Source: Lacibacterium aquatile (GTDB lineage: Bacteria; Pseudomonadota; Alphaproteobacteria; Elsterales; Elsteraceae). From it: a DNA stretch of 24,000 nt. The stretch spans positions 94,625-118,624 of the forward strand of contig NZ_JBHUIP010000001.1 in assembly GCF_042683105.1 (NCBI RefSeq), written 5' to 3'. Below are positions 9,005 to 16,899 of the stretch, piece after piece. Below the pieces are notes generated by a model. It ran no database searches, was not told the origin of the DNA, and saw nothing but the letters and a program-made list of their open reading frames with translations. The position numbers and the translations under genes were made by a program. Numbering within the stretch: position 1 is the stretch's first letter; every line of letters starts with the position of its first letter.

Positions 9005-9642
9005 AACTCGGGTGCCTGATCTCCGGGCGCGGCTCCAACCTGCAGGCGTTGATCGACGCCTGCGCCGCGCCCGATTTCCCCGCCGAAATAGCCCTCGTTC
9101 TCTCCAATAAGGCTGATGCCGAAGGGTTGGAGCGGGCCAAGGCCGCCGGGATCGCGACTTCGGTCGTCAATCACAAAGAGTACGCCGACCGGGACAGCTT
9201 CGATGCGGAGCTTGACCGCCGTCTGCGCGCCGCAGGCGTAGAGCTCGTCTGCCTTGCGGGCTTCATGCGGCTGCTGACCGACGGTTTTGTCGAGGGCTGG
9301 CGGGACCGGATGATCAACATCCACCCCTCGCTCCTCCCCGCCCTCAAGGGTCTCAAGACCCACGAGCGCGCCCTGGAAGCAGGCGCGCGTTTCACCGGCT
9401 GCACCGTGCATTATGTCCGGCCCGAGATGGATGAAGGCCCGATCATCGCCCAGGCCGTGGTGCCGGTGCTGGACGAAGATGACGCGGCCAGCCTCGGCGC
9501 CCGTGTATTGGCAGAGGAGCATAAGCTCTACCCCCTCGCCGTCCGTCTGATTGCCGAAAAGCGCCTCAGCATCACCGGCAACCGGATCACCGTCACGGGC
9601 GACAAAAACTTAGCCACCCCTCTGATTTCTCCCCAGTTCTAA
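8995..9642 (+). CDS. purN: Phosphoribosylglycinamide formyltransferase
   Basis: 215 aa. It has [15 protein letters not shown] and NIHPSLLP motifs. The ATG overlaps the purM 3' end by 10 nt. Confidence 0.95.
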   Translation: MVLKLGCLISGRGSNLQALIDACAAPDFPAEIALVLSNKADAEGLERAKAAGIATSVVNHKEYADRDSFDAELDRRLRAAGVELVCLAGFMRLLTDGFVEGWRDRMINIHPSLLPALKGLKTHERALEAGARFTGCTVHYVRPEMDEGPIIAQAVVPVLDEDDAASLGARVLAEEHKLYPLAVRLIAEKRLSITGNRITVTGDKNLATPLISPQF

Positions 9643-9654
9643 AAGGTTCGACCG

Positions 9655-10572
9655 ATGGAAAAGATTGCGCTTACCGCCGCTGGCCCCGGATTGTCGCCGC
9701 TGACCTGGGGGACCTGGCGCCTCTTGCAGCAGGACGAGATCAAGGCGCCGAAGGATCTGGCGCGTTTCATCGACGACTGCCTGCACCTGGGCATCACCTC
9801 CTTCGATCTGGCCGATATCTACGGCAAGTTCGGCTCTGAAGAAGCCTTTGGCCTCGGTTTGGCAGAGAATGGCGTTGACCGTTCAGCCGTCCAGCTGGTC
9901 ACGAAATGCGGCATCCGCCCGATCGCTCCGGCGCGGCCCGAGACGCTGGTGAAGCACTACGACAGTTCGCGTGAGCATATCATCCGCTCCGTCACGAACT
10001 CCCTGCGTATCCTCAAGACCGATTATCTCGACCTGCTGCTGGTCCATCGCCCCGACCCGCTGATGGATGCGGACGAGACGGCCGAAGCGCTGGAAGAGGT
10101 CATGGCCAAGGGCTGGGTGCGCCACATCGGCGTGTCGAACTTCTCCACCAGCCAGTTCGCCCTGTTGCAGGATCGCCTGTCGGTGCCGCTCTGCACCAAT
10201 CAGCTTGAGTTCTCGCTAACCCACCACGATCCGATGTTCGACGGCACCTTCGATCAGTTGCAGCAGGAGCGCGTGGCGCCGATGATCTGGTCGCCGCTGG
10301 CGGGCGGTAACCTCTTCAAGGGCGATGCCACGGACGAAGCCACGAAGCGCATGCGTGCGGCTCTGGAGTTCGTCGCCCAGGATGAAGGCCTACCGGATCT
10401 GGCCTCCACGGCGCTGGCCTGGGTGCTGCGCCATCCGGTGAAGCCAGTTGCCGTGGTCGGCACCGGCAACCTGGATCGCCTCAAAGCCCTGTCGAAGGCG
10501 GCGGGACATGTCATGGATCGCCAGAACTGGTACCGCCTCTGGGAAGCAGCCCGCGGCGCGCCTGCGCCGTAA
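9655..10572 (+). CDS. Aldo/keto reductase family oxidoreductase (YdhF-like)
   Basis: 305 aa. AKR features include DLADIYG..SEE.FG, LLVHRPD and GVSNFS. AAAGG lies upstream of the ATG. Confidence 0.85.
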   Translation: MEKIALTAAGPGLSPLTWGTWRLLQQDEIKAPKDLARFIDDCLHLGITSFDLADIYGKFGSEEAFGLGLAENGVDRSAVQLVTKCGIRPIAPARPETLVKHYDSSREHIIRSVTNSLRILKTDYLDLLLVHRPDPLMDADETAEALEEVMAKGWVRHIGVSNFSTSQFALLQDRLSVPLCTNQLEFSLTHHDPMFDGTFDQLQQERVAPMIWSPLAGGNLFKGDATDEATKRMRAALEFVAQDEGLPDLASTALAWVLRHPVKPVAVVGTGNLDRLKALSKAAGHVMDRQNWYRLWEAARGAPAP

Positions 10573-10673
10573 AGCGTATAAGGCCTTGGCACCCCTGCGC
10601 CGTAAGGCCTCTTAACAGCCGACACGGTTTAGGTTAGAAACGACGCCAATCACATTCTTTTCGGGAGTCACCG

Positions 10674-10796
10674 ATGTACGATCAGGAAATGGAAATCCGC
10701 CACCAGAAGATGTTCAACAACGTGATGAAGGCTTCGACCGTCGTCGGCGCGTTGTCGATCGTCATCATCGGCCTGATGGCACTGACCCTGATCTAA
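10674..10796 (+). CDS. 40-aa single-TM protein, aa3-type cytochrome c oxidase subunit IV-like (copy 1)
   Basis: Not in the ORF track (<60 aa). GGGAG (10663-10667) lies 6 nt before the ATG. It encodes MYDQEMEIRHQKMFNNVMKASTVVGALSIVIIGLMALTLI. Stop TAA at 10794-10796 is followed by a terminator. The motif resembles remembered Paracoccus subunit IV (EMDIRHQQATFAGFIK). Confidence 0.65.
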   Translation: MYDQEMEIRHQKMFNNVMKASTVVGALSIVIIGLMALTLI

Positions 10797-10821
10797 GCGT
10801 CGGCTTCTATCCTAGAAGCAA

Positions 10822-10856
10822 CAAACCCCGGCCCCAGCGGTCGGGGTTTTGTTTTG
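10822..10856 (+). terminator. Rho-independent terminator after small gene copy 1
   Basis: Stem AAACCCCG (10823-10830) pairs with CGGGGTTT (10842-10849). It is followed by TTTTGTTTT. Confidence 0.75.
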
Positions 10857-10906
10857 CAGAAAACAGGCGTAGAATAGCGACAGGTTTCTCATGCGGGAGC
10901 GCTGCT

Positions 10907-11029
10907 ATGCACGACCTGGATATGGAACGCGATCACCAGAAATTCTTCGCCTCGTCCGTCAAGTTCGGCTTCACAGTCGCCGTACTGGCATTTGTCGTCA
11001 TCGGCCTGATGGGCATGACGCTCGTCTGA
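10907..11029 (+). CDS. 40-aa single-TM protein, aa3-type cytochrome c oxidase subunit IV-like (copy 2)
   Basis: Not in the ORF track. GGGAG (10895-10899) lies 7 nt before the ATG. It encodes MHDLDMERDHQKFFASSVKFGFTVAVLAFVVIGLMGMTLV, which is 18/40 identical to copy 1 and the same length. A TAGAAT -10-like hexamer is at 10870-10875. Confidence 0.6.
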   Translation: MHDLDMERDHQKFFASSVKFGFTVAVLAFVVIGLMGMTLV

Positions 11030-11099
11030 TCGGCTTGCCGTCAGCGAGACCGCTGCTATAGCGTGAACTGAACCGCAGAAGTTCGTGTTCAAGGCTGCT

Positions 11100-11880
11100 A
11101 TGGCTCGTATCGCCGTCTACTCCGATCTCCATCTTGAATTCGGCCCCTGGCAACCACCGGGGACGGATGCCGACTTCACGATTCTTGCCGGTGACATCTA
11201 CACCAAGAATCGCTGCCTACCCGAGGCGATTGCCGATTCGCATCAGGCCTTTGGGGGGGCCGGTCGTGATGATCCTCGGCAATCACGAGCATTACGACGG
11301 CAAGATCGACCGGACGCTGGATAAGATCGCTGCTCCCGCCGCCCAGAAACACATCACAATTCTTGAGAACCAGGAAGTGATCATCTCTGGCGTCAGGGTA
11401 CTCGGCTGCACGCTCTGGACGGATTTTCGCCTGTTCGCGGGCGATAATGAAGGTGCCCTTCGCGGGGACGCAACGCGCTGCGCCGAAAGGATCACGGATT
11501 TCCGTACGATCCGCATCGCGAGTGACGGTTATCGCCGCTTCCGCCCCAAGGATGCTGCCATCCTACATTCAAAGTCGGTGACCTGGCTGCGAGACAAATT
11601 CAAAGAGCCCTTCGATGGCCCGACTGTTGTCGTCACCCATCACGCGCCCTCGCGCCGCTCGATCCCGCAGATTTATGCCGAGGATCACACGTCTGCTGCT
11701 TATGCATCGGATCTGGAGTGGTTGATCCTGGAGGGAAGCCCGGCGCTCTGGATCCACGGGCATATTCACACCAGCCAGGACTACAGGATCGGCGACACGC
11801 GGGTGATCTGTAATCCGCGCGGCTATTGGCCGATCGAACTCAATCCTGAGTTCAACGAGAGGCTGGTGGTCGAGGTCTGA
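11100..11880 (+). pseudogene. Metallophosphoesterase (calcineurin-like) interrupted by a +1 frameshift in a G7 run
   Basis: Tracked ORFs 11085..11324 and 11134..11880 are two halves of one enzyme. Frame A carries motifs I and II (YSDLHLE, AGDIY). Frame B carries GNHEHY, VVVTHHAP and HGHIH. The frames switch at GGGGGGG (11253-11259). Removing one G gives a continuous ...HQAFGGPVVMILGNHEHYDG.... Confidence 0.8.
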
Positions 11881-11887
11881 GCAAAAA

Positions 11888-11919
11888 GAAAACCCCGGAT
11901 CTTGCGATCCGGGGTTTTC
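11888..11919. terminator. Bidirectional rho-independent terminator between the metallophosphoesterase gene and ndk
   Basis: GAAAACCCCGGATC (11888-11901), loop TTGC, GATCCGGGGTTTTC (11906-11919). A-rich on the left and T-rich on the right. Confidence 0.85.
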
Positions 11920-11944
11920 CAAGCTCGAAACGAAAGCGTCGGTA

Positions 11945-12367
11945 TTAGGCGACGATTTCGGTACCGGCGAAGAAATAGCCGATTTCGATAGCGGCATTTT
12001 CCAGGCTGTCCGAACCATGGACCGAATTGGCTTCGATCGATTCGGCGAAGTCGCGGCGGATGGTGCCCGGTTCGGCCTTGGACGGATCGGTCGCGCCCAT
12101 GATCTCGCGGTTACGGGCAACGGCGTTGTCGCCTTCCAGAACCTGCAGAACGACCGGGCCGGAGATCATGAAGCCAACGAGGTCGTTGAAGAACGGACGA
12201 GCCTTATGGACTTCGTAGAACTTCTCGGCCTGGGCCTTCGACAGCCAGACGCGCTTCTGGCCGACGATGCGGAGGCCCGCTTCCTCGAACCGGGCGTTGA
12301 TCTTGCCGGTGAGGTCGCGACGGGTCGCGTCGGGCTTCAGGATCGACAGGGTGCGCTCAAGGGCCAT
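11945..12367 (-). CDS. ndk: Nucleoside diphosphate kinase
   Basis: 140 aa. [14 protein letters not shown]..., the NSVHGSDS active-site region and a length typical of Ndk. Confidence 0.97.
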   Translation of the reverse strand: MALERTLSILKPDATRRDLTGKINARFEEAGLRIVGQKRVWLSKAQAEKFYEVHKARPFFNDLVGFMISGPVVLQVLEGDNAVARNREIMGATDPSKAEPGTIRRDFAESIEANSVHGSDSLENAAIEIGYFFAGTEIVA

Positions 12368-12412
12368 GACGGCTCTACTCCAAAATAATCAGAAATTCGG
12401 TGGGTGGCGGGG

Positions 12413-12440
12413 TTATAGCGATGTCGGGGCGCTCTCGCAA
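12413..12440 (-). promoter_or_regulatory. Putative sigma-70 promoter of ndk
   Basis: On the minus strand: TTGCGA (12440..12435), 16 nt, CTATAA (12418..12413). This matches the alphaproteobacterial TTGACS-N16/17-CTATAW pattern. GGAG lies upstream of the ATG at 12367. Confidence 0.4.
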
Positions 12441-12462
12441 CTGCGTAAAATGCAGGAGACCC

Positions 12463-12906
12463 CTACGCCTTTTGCTCCCATCCCTTATCGGTCTGCTGGA
12501 AATACTTTAACATATGTCCGGCAGCCTTCGCGTTTCGGTAGCGATTCCGGGCGGCTTCGACCGCCATATCGTCGCGCCCATCGAAGATATCGAAGATCAT
12601 CTCGAACCCATCGAGCGGCGCATCCACCCCATCCACCAGTACCAGAGCCTTGGCCCCATTGGGGTTGCCGGGTTCGGTCGTCATATAAATCGGCTGGCGG
12701 GACGCATGGCCGTCACGGGGGGTGCCATGGGGCAGGAAACTGTCCGGGGAATATTCCCAGAGCTTGCTTGCCAGAAACTCGACCCGCGCATCGGATCCGG
12801 CCAGCAGAACGGCGCGCGCAGGCAGGCCGTGGATACGTTCCAGCAGCTTGGGCAGGGCCACCTCCAGCGCCGAGCGCTGAAGGTGGTAGAAGCGAACCTC
12901 CGCCAT
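12463..12906 (-). CDS. holC: DNA polymerase III subunit chi
   Basis: 147 aa. It begins MAEVRFYHL... with the chi-family layout and sits immediately downstream of pepA, as in many proteobacteria. Confidence 0.85.
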   Translation of the reverse strand: MAEVRFYHLQRSALEVALPKLLERIHGLPARAVLLAGSDARVEFLASKLWEYSPDSFLPHGTPRDGHASRQPIYMTTEPGNPNGAKALVLVDGVDAPLDGFEMIFDIFDGRDDMAVEAARNRYRNAKAAGHMLKYFQQTDKGWEQKA

Positions 12907-12943
12907 GGTCGATCCCTGGCCCCTGCCCTAACCTGCTAAACTC

Positions 12944-14437
12944 TTAGGCTTCGTACTTGGTGCGGACGAGCTTGTCGAGCAGACGCACGCCCCAGCCCGT
13001 CGCGCCCTTGGGATTGACGCCGCGATCCGAGCCACCCCAGGCAACGCCCGCGATGTCGAGGTGCGCCCAGGGAACCTCATTCACGAACTTCTCCAGGAAC
13101 ACTGCGGCGACGACCGAGCCGGCGGTGCCGTCGCCGATATTGCGGAAGTCGGCAATCGGGGACTTCAGCGACTTGGCATAGGCCTCGCCCAGCGGCATGC
13201 GCCACAGGGTTTCGCCGGTTGCCTTGCCTGCGGTCAGGATGGCATCGGACAGCGCGTCATTGTTCGAGAACAGACCCGCATGTTCGTGGCCAAGACCGAT
13301 GATGATCGCGCCGGTCAGGGTGGCGAGATTGATCATCGCGACCGGCTTGAAGCGATCCTGGGTGTACCAGAGCGCATCGGCAAGCACGAGGCGGCCTTCG
13401 GCATCGGTATTCAGCACTTCGATGGTCTGACCGGACATGGAAGTCACAACGTCGCCCGGACGCTGAGCTTCAGCCGACGGCATGTTTTCGACCAGGCCGA
13501 CGACGCCGACCGCATTGACCTTCGCCTTACGGCCCGCCAGCGCGATCATGGTGCCAACAACGGCAGCCGAACCGCCCATGTCCCACTTCATGTCTTCCAT
13601 CGACTTGGCAGGCTTCAGCGACAGGCCGCCCGAGTCGAAGGTGACGCCCTTGCCCACAAAAGCGATCGGAGCCGAGGTGTCCTTGGCGCCCTGCCAGCGC
13701 ATGATGACGATGCGCGACTCGCTGACCGAGCCCTGGCCAACACCCAGAAGCGAGCCCATGCCCAGCTTCTTCATATCCTTGACGGTCAGGACTTCGATTT
13801 CGAGGCCGACCGCCTTCTCCAGGCCCTTCAGCTTTTCAGCGTAGGTTTCAGGATTGAGGATATTGCCCGGTTCGGTCACGAGGTCGCGGGCGTAGACAAC
13901 GCCATCGGCGACCTTTTCCAGGTTCTGATAGCGCTTCTTGGCGACGGCGGCATCGGCAACCATGACGGTCAGCTTTTCGACCGCGGCCTTATCTTCGGCC
14001 TTCAGCTTGGTGTGATACTTGTCGAAACGATAGGAGCGCAGCAGGAAGCCATAGGCGATCTCGGCGGCGATGTCCTGGGCGCTGAGGCTGGCGCCAACGA
14101 CCGGATCCACCGCGATGGCCAGGTCCTTCTCCGGATGGCCCTTGACGGCCGCAAACAGGCTTGCACCCAGGGTTTCGGCCTTAGCTTCGTCAATCTCGGC
14201 AAGCTTGCCCAGACCCAGCAGCACGATGCGGCTGGCATCGACACCGACAGGCGCCAGAATCTCCAGAGTCTCACCCGCCTTACCAGCAAAACGGCTGGCG
14301 CCGACAGCACGCGAGATTGCCCCGCCGATGCGGGCGTCCAGAACAGCCGCGCTGGCAGTCAGGGCGCGATCAGCGGCGATGCCGACGACCAGCGTGCCTT
14401 TTTTGGCGAGGTCGAGTTCGGCGAAAGAGATCTTCAT
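12944..14437 (-). CDS. pepA: Leucyl aminopeptidase (M17)
   Basis: 497 aa. M17 signature NTDAEGRLVLAD and the VGKGVTFDSGG motif. Confidence 0.96.
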   Translation of the reverse strand: MKISFAELDLAKKGTLVVGIAADRALTASAAVLDARIGGAISRAVGASRFAGKAGETLEILAPVGVDASRIVLLGLGKLAEIDEAKAETLGASLFAAVKGHPEKDLAIAVDPVVGASLSAQDIAAEIAYGFLLRSYRFDKYHTKLKAEDKAAVEKLTVMVADAAVAKKRYQNLEKVADGVVYARDLVTEPGNILNPETYAEKLKGLEKAVGLEIEVLTVKDMKKLGMGSLLGVGQGSVSESRIVIMRWQGAKDTSAPIAFVGKGVTFDSGGLSLKPAKSMEDMKWDMGGSAAVVGTMIALAGRKAKVNAVGVVGLVENMPSAEAQRPGDVVTSMSGQTIEVLNTDAEGRLVLADALWYTQDRFKPVAMINLATLTGAIIIGLGHEHAGLFSNNDALSDAILTAGKATGETLWRMPLGEAYAKSLKSPIADFRNIGDGTAGSVVAAVFLEKFVNEVPWAHLDIAGVAWGGSDRGVNPKGATGWGVRLLDKLVRTKYEA

Positions 14438-14640
14438 AATTATGCGTTCCCTCGAAAGGATGACCGTTCAGTCGCGAAGGCGACCCGGCATTATTTAAGA
14501 ACCGCCCAATGGTGCGGCCAGGGGCTAGACCTTAAATCGGGACAAGGCTGCTGTCGATGGTGAACGGTTTTCCTTGTTCCGTTACGCTAAATGCCGCACT
14601 GTCCCACGCTAAAGCGTGTATGACAAAACCGATTGAGACG

Positions 14641-15918
14641 ATGAAGCGCCTTCTGACCACTGCAGCCCTTGGGCTTATTCTGAGCGTCGCATCTCCCCTG
14701 TCCGGGCTTGCCCCAGTGGCGCCCGCGCGTGCACAACAGATGCTGCGGATCGCTGCCGTGGTGAATGAAGACATCATTTCGATGTACGACCTGCTAGAGC
14801 GGATCGACCTGCAACTGTTCTCGACAGGTCAGCAGGCTAACGACACAGTGCGCAGGCAACTGGCGCCACAGATTCTCCGTCAGATCATCGAAGAGAAGCT
14901 GATGATGCAGGAGTGGCGCCGCAGGGGTGTCAGTGTCAGTGACGCTGACATTGCCCCCCAGATCGACGCTATCGAGCAAAGCATTAGGATGCCCAAGGGA
15001 GCTCTACTGAAGTCTCTAGAGACTCAAGGCATCGCCACCCAAGCTTTTACAGACCAGCTACGCGCCCGCGCTGGCTGGGAAAGGCTGATGGCTCAGAAGG
15101 TGCGCGCAACTCGTAGCGTGACCGAAGAAGAGGTCGATCAGCAGTTGGCTGAACTTCGTGCTACGCAAGGTAAGCCAGAATATCGCCTGTCCGATATTTT
15201 CCTGAGCTTCGATAGCGCAGGCGGCGAGCCTCAGGCCAAACAGATTGCAGACACCATCCTGACCGAACTTGGCAAAGGAGCAACCTTCACCCAAGTAGCT
15301 CGGCAGTTCTCCAACGCCGCTGCGGCGTCGACCGGGGGCGATCTGGGGTGGGTGCGCCAAGGGCAACTTGAGCCGGAGCTTGAACGGGCTGCAGCATCGC
15401 TTGTCCAGGGACAGGTTAGTGCGCCGATCAAGACTCTCGTCGGCTATCATATTCTCTATCTCCGTGATAAGCGCCTGAGCGCGACGGCGGACCCCACGAA
15501 GTCGACTCTGACCCTAAGTCGCGTACTGCTGCCTGTTCCAGCCAATGCGTCGGCACGGGACTGGGAGGGACAGGTCGCGCTCGCGAACGAGATAGCAGCA
15601 GCATCCGACAGCTGCCAGACGTTCAACGATCTGGTCAAACCCCTGGGTGGCGGTCCGATCGGGGTTGGCACACTGGCTCAGCTTCCTGAACAATATGCCA
15701 CTGCTGTTGCCAGCGTCGGCAAAGGAAAGACGTCGCCGGCAACTCGCACAACGGAAGGGGTAAACCTCTTCTATGTCTGCGATAGATCGGACGACGGCGC
15801 GGGCCTCCCTAGCCGAAACGATGTTCGGGCCGATCTTTTTGTCCAACGCATTGAAGCTGAAAGCCGCCGCTCGATCCGCGACCTGCGCCAAACGGCGAAT
15901 ATCGAGGTCCGGCTTTGA
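14641..15918 (+). CDS. surA: Periplasmic chaperone / peptidyl-prolyl isomerase, SurA-like
   Basis: Signal peptide MKRLLTTAALGLILSVASPLSG..ARA from the ATG at 14641 (the ORF is open from 14557, with another ATG at 14620). It has a SurA N-terminal domain and one parvulin domain (GGDLGWVRQGQL...VGYHILYL). It lies upstream of pdxA-rsmA, as in the classical cluster. Confidence 0.8.
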   Translation: MKRLLTTAALGLILSVASPLSGLAPVAPARAQQMLRIAAVVNEDIISMYDLLERIDLQLFSTGQQANDTVRRQLAPQILRQIIEEKLMMQEWRRRGVSVSDADIAPQIDAIEQSIRMPKGALLKSLETQGIATQAFTDQLRARAGWERLMAQKVRATRSVTEEEVDQQLAELRATQGKPEYRLSDIFLSFDSAGGEPQAKQIADTILTELGKGATFTQVARQFSNAAAASTGGDLGWVRQGQLEPELERAAASLVQGQVSAPIKTLVGYHILYLRDKRLSATADPTKSTLTLSRVLLPVPANASARDWEGQVALANEIAAASDSCQTFNDLVKPLGGGPIGVGTLAQLPEQYATAVASVGKGKTSPATRTTEGVNLFYVCDRSDDGAGLPSRNDVRADLFVQRIEAESRRSIRDLRQTANIEVRL

Positions 15919-16898
15919 GCCTTGACCGCCCGCTTGCCCTCACCATGGGCGAGCCGGCAGGCATTGCCAGCGAGTTGACTCTCAAAGCCTGGTTGAATAG
16001 GCCCGGACTACCGGTCTTCACTGCGGTAGACGATCCGTCGCATCTGGCTGCCCTAGCTGAAACGCTCCGGCTCCCTGTGCCGATACGGCTTATCAACGAT
16101 CTCGACGAGGCCGCTGCGGTCTTTCCCGACGCGTTGCCCGTTCTTCCCTGCTCCCTCGCCGAACCATCACGGCCCGGACAACCGACGGGCGCCAACGCCC
16201 GCGCGGTCATTGCCTCGATCGAGCAAGCTGTGGCCTTGACCAAGTCCGGCAAGGCGGCGGGCGTCGTAACCAACCCCATCGCCAAATCCGTCCTGCAGTC
16301 CGTTGGCTTCCCCTATCCCGGACATACGGAGTTCTTGGGAGCGCTGGCGGGCGGCGCGCAGCCAGTGATGATGCTGGCTAGCCCGTTGCTGCGCGTGGTG
16401 CCTGTCACGATCCACGTCGCCCTGCGTCAGGTGCCGGATCTGCTGACGGCGGACCTGATCGTCGAAACGGCCCGGATCGTGGCAGCCGACTTCCGGCGTC
16501 ATTTCGGCTTACCCACTCCGCGCATCGCCGTCGCAGGACTCAATCCCCACGCTGGGGAGAATGGCCGGATGGGCCGCGAGGATATCGAGGTCGTCGGCCC
16601 GGCCATCTCTCAGCTTCAGGCGGAGGGCATCGCTGCCTTCGGGCCGCTATCTGCAGATACGATGTTCCATGCAGAGGCGCGCAAACGCTATGACGTCGCT
16701 CTCTGCATGTATCATGACCAGGCGCTTATCCCTTTGAAGACACTGGACTTTGCTGGCGGCGTCAATGTAACCCTCGGTCTGCCGTTTGTCCGCACGTCGC
16801 CTGATCACGGCACCGCTTTTGATATTGCAGGCCAGGGAATTGCCGATCCCGCCAGCCTGATCGCCGCCATCCGCCTCGCCGGGGAAATGACTGCCTGA
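15915..16898 (+). CDS. pdxA: 4-hydroxythreonine-4-phosphate dehydrogenase
   Basis: 327 aa. It has LALTMGEPAGIASE, GHTEFL and TSPDHGTAFDIAG motifs. The TTG start overlaps the surA stop (TTGA). Confidence 0.93.
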   Translation: MSLDRPLALTMGEPAGIASELTLKAWLNRPGLPVFTAVDDPSHLAALAETLRLPVPIRLINDLDEAAAVFPDALPVLPCSLAEPSRPGQPTGANARAVIASIEQAVALTKSGKAAGVVTNPIAKSVLQSVGFPYPGHTEFLGALAGGAQPVMMLASPLLRVVPVTIHVALRQVPDLLTADLIVETARIVAADFRRHFGLPTPRIAVAGLNPHAGENGRMGREDIEVVGPAISQLQAEGIAAFGPLSADTMFHAEARKRYDVALCMYHDQALIPLKTLDFAGGVNVTLGLPFVRTSPDHGTAFDIAGQGIADPASLIAAIRLAGEMTA

Positions 16899-16899
16899 C

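Noticed and set aside
10561-10610. 12-nt direct repeat CCTGCGCCGTAA (10561-10572 and 10594-10605) and two AGGCCT palindromes after the aldo/keto reductase stop.
   Set aside because: It is short, unique to this spot, and not paired with a matching repeat on the far side of the accessory patch. It could be a small slippage duplication of the gene's 3' end or a weak hairpin. The evidence is not enough for a mobile-element scar or terminator.
10889-11092. Tracked 67-aa minus-strand ORF across the second micro-gene, and the 81-aa ORF 14532..14777 opposite the surA 5' end.
   Set aside because: No ribosome-binding site and no recognisable motifs. Each lies antisense to a better-supported plus-strand gene that has a Shine-Dalgarno or a signal peptide.
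11085-11880. Treating ORFs 11085..11324 and 11134..11880 as two separate overlapping genes.
   Set aside because: The phosphoesterase motifs are split between them in the canonical order. The N-terminal 40 aa of the second ORF and the C-terminal 25 aa of the first look like out-of-frame noise. I interpret them as one gene with a frameshift at the G7 run.
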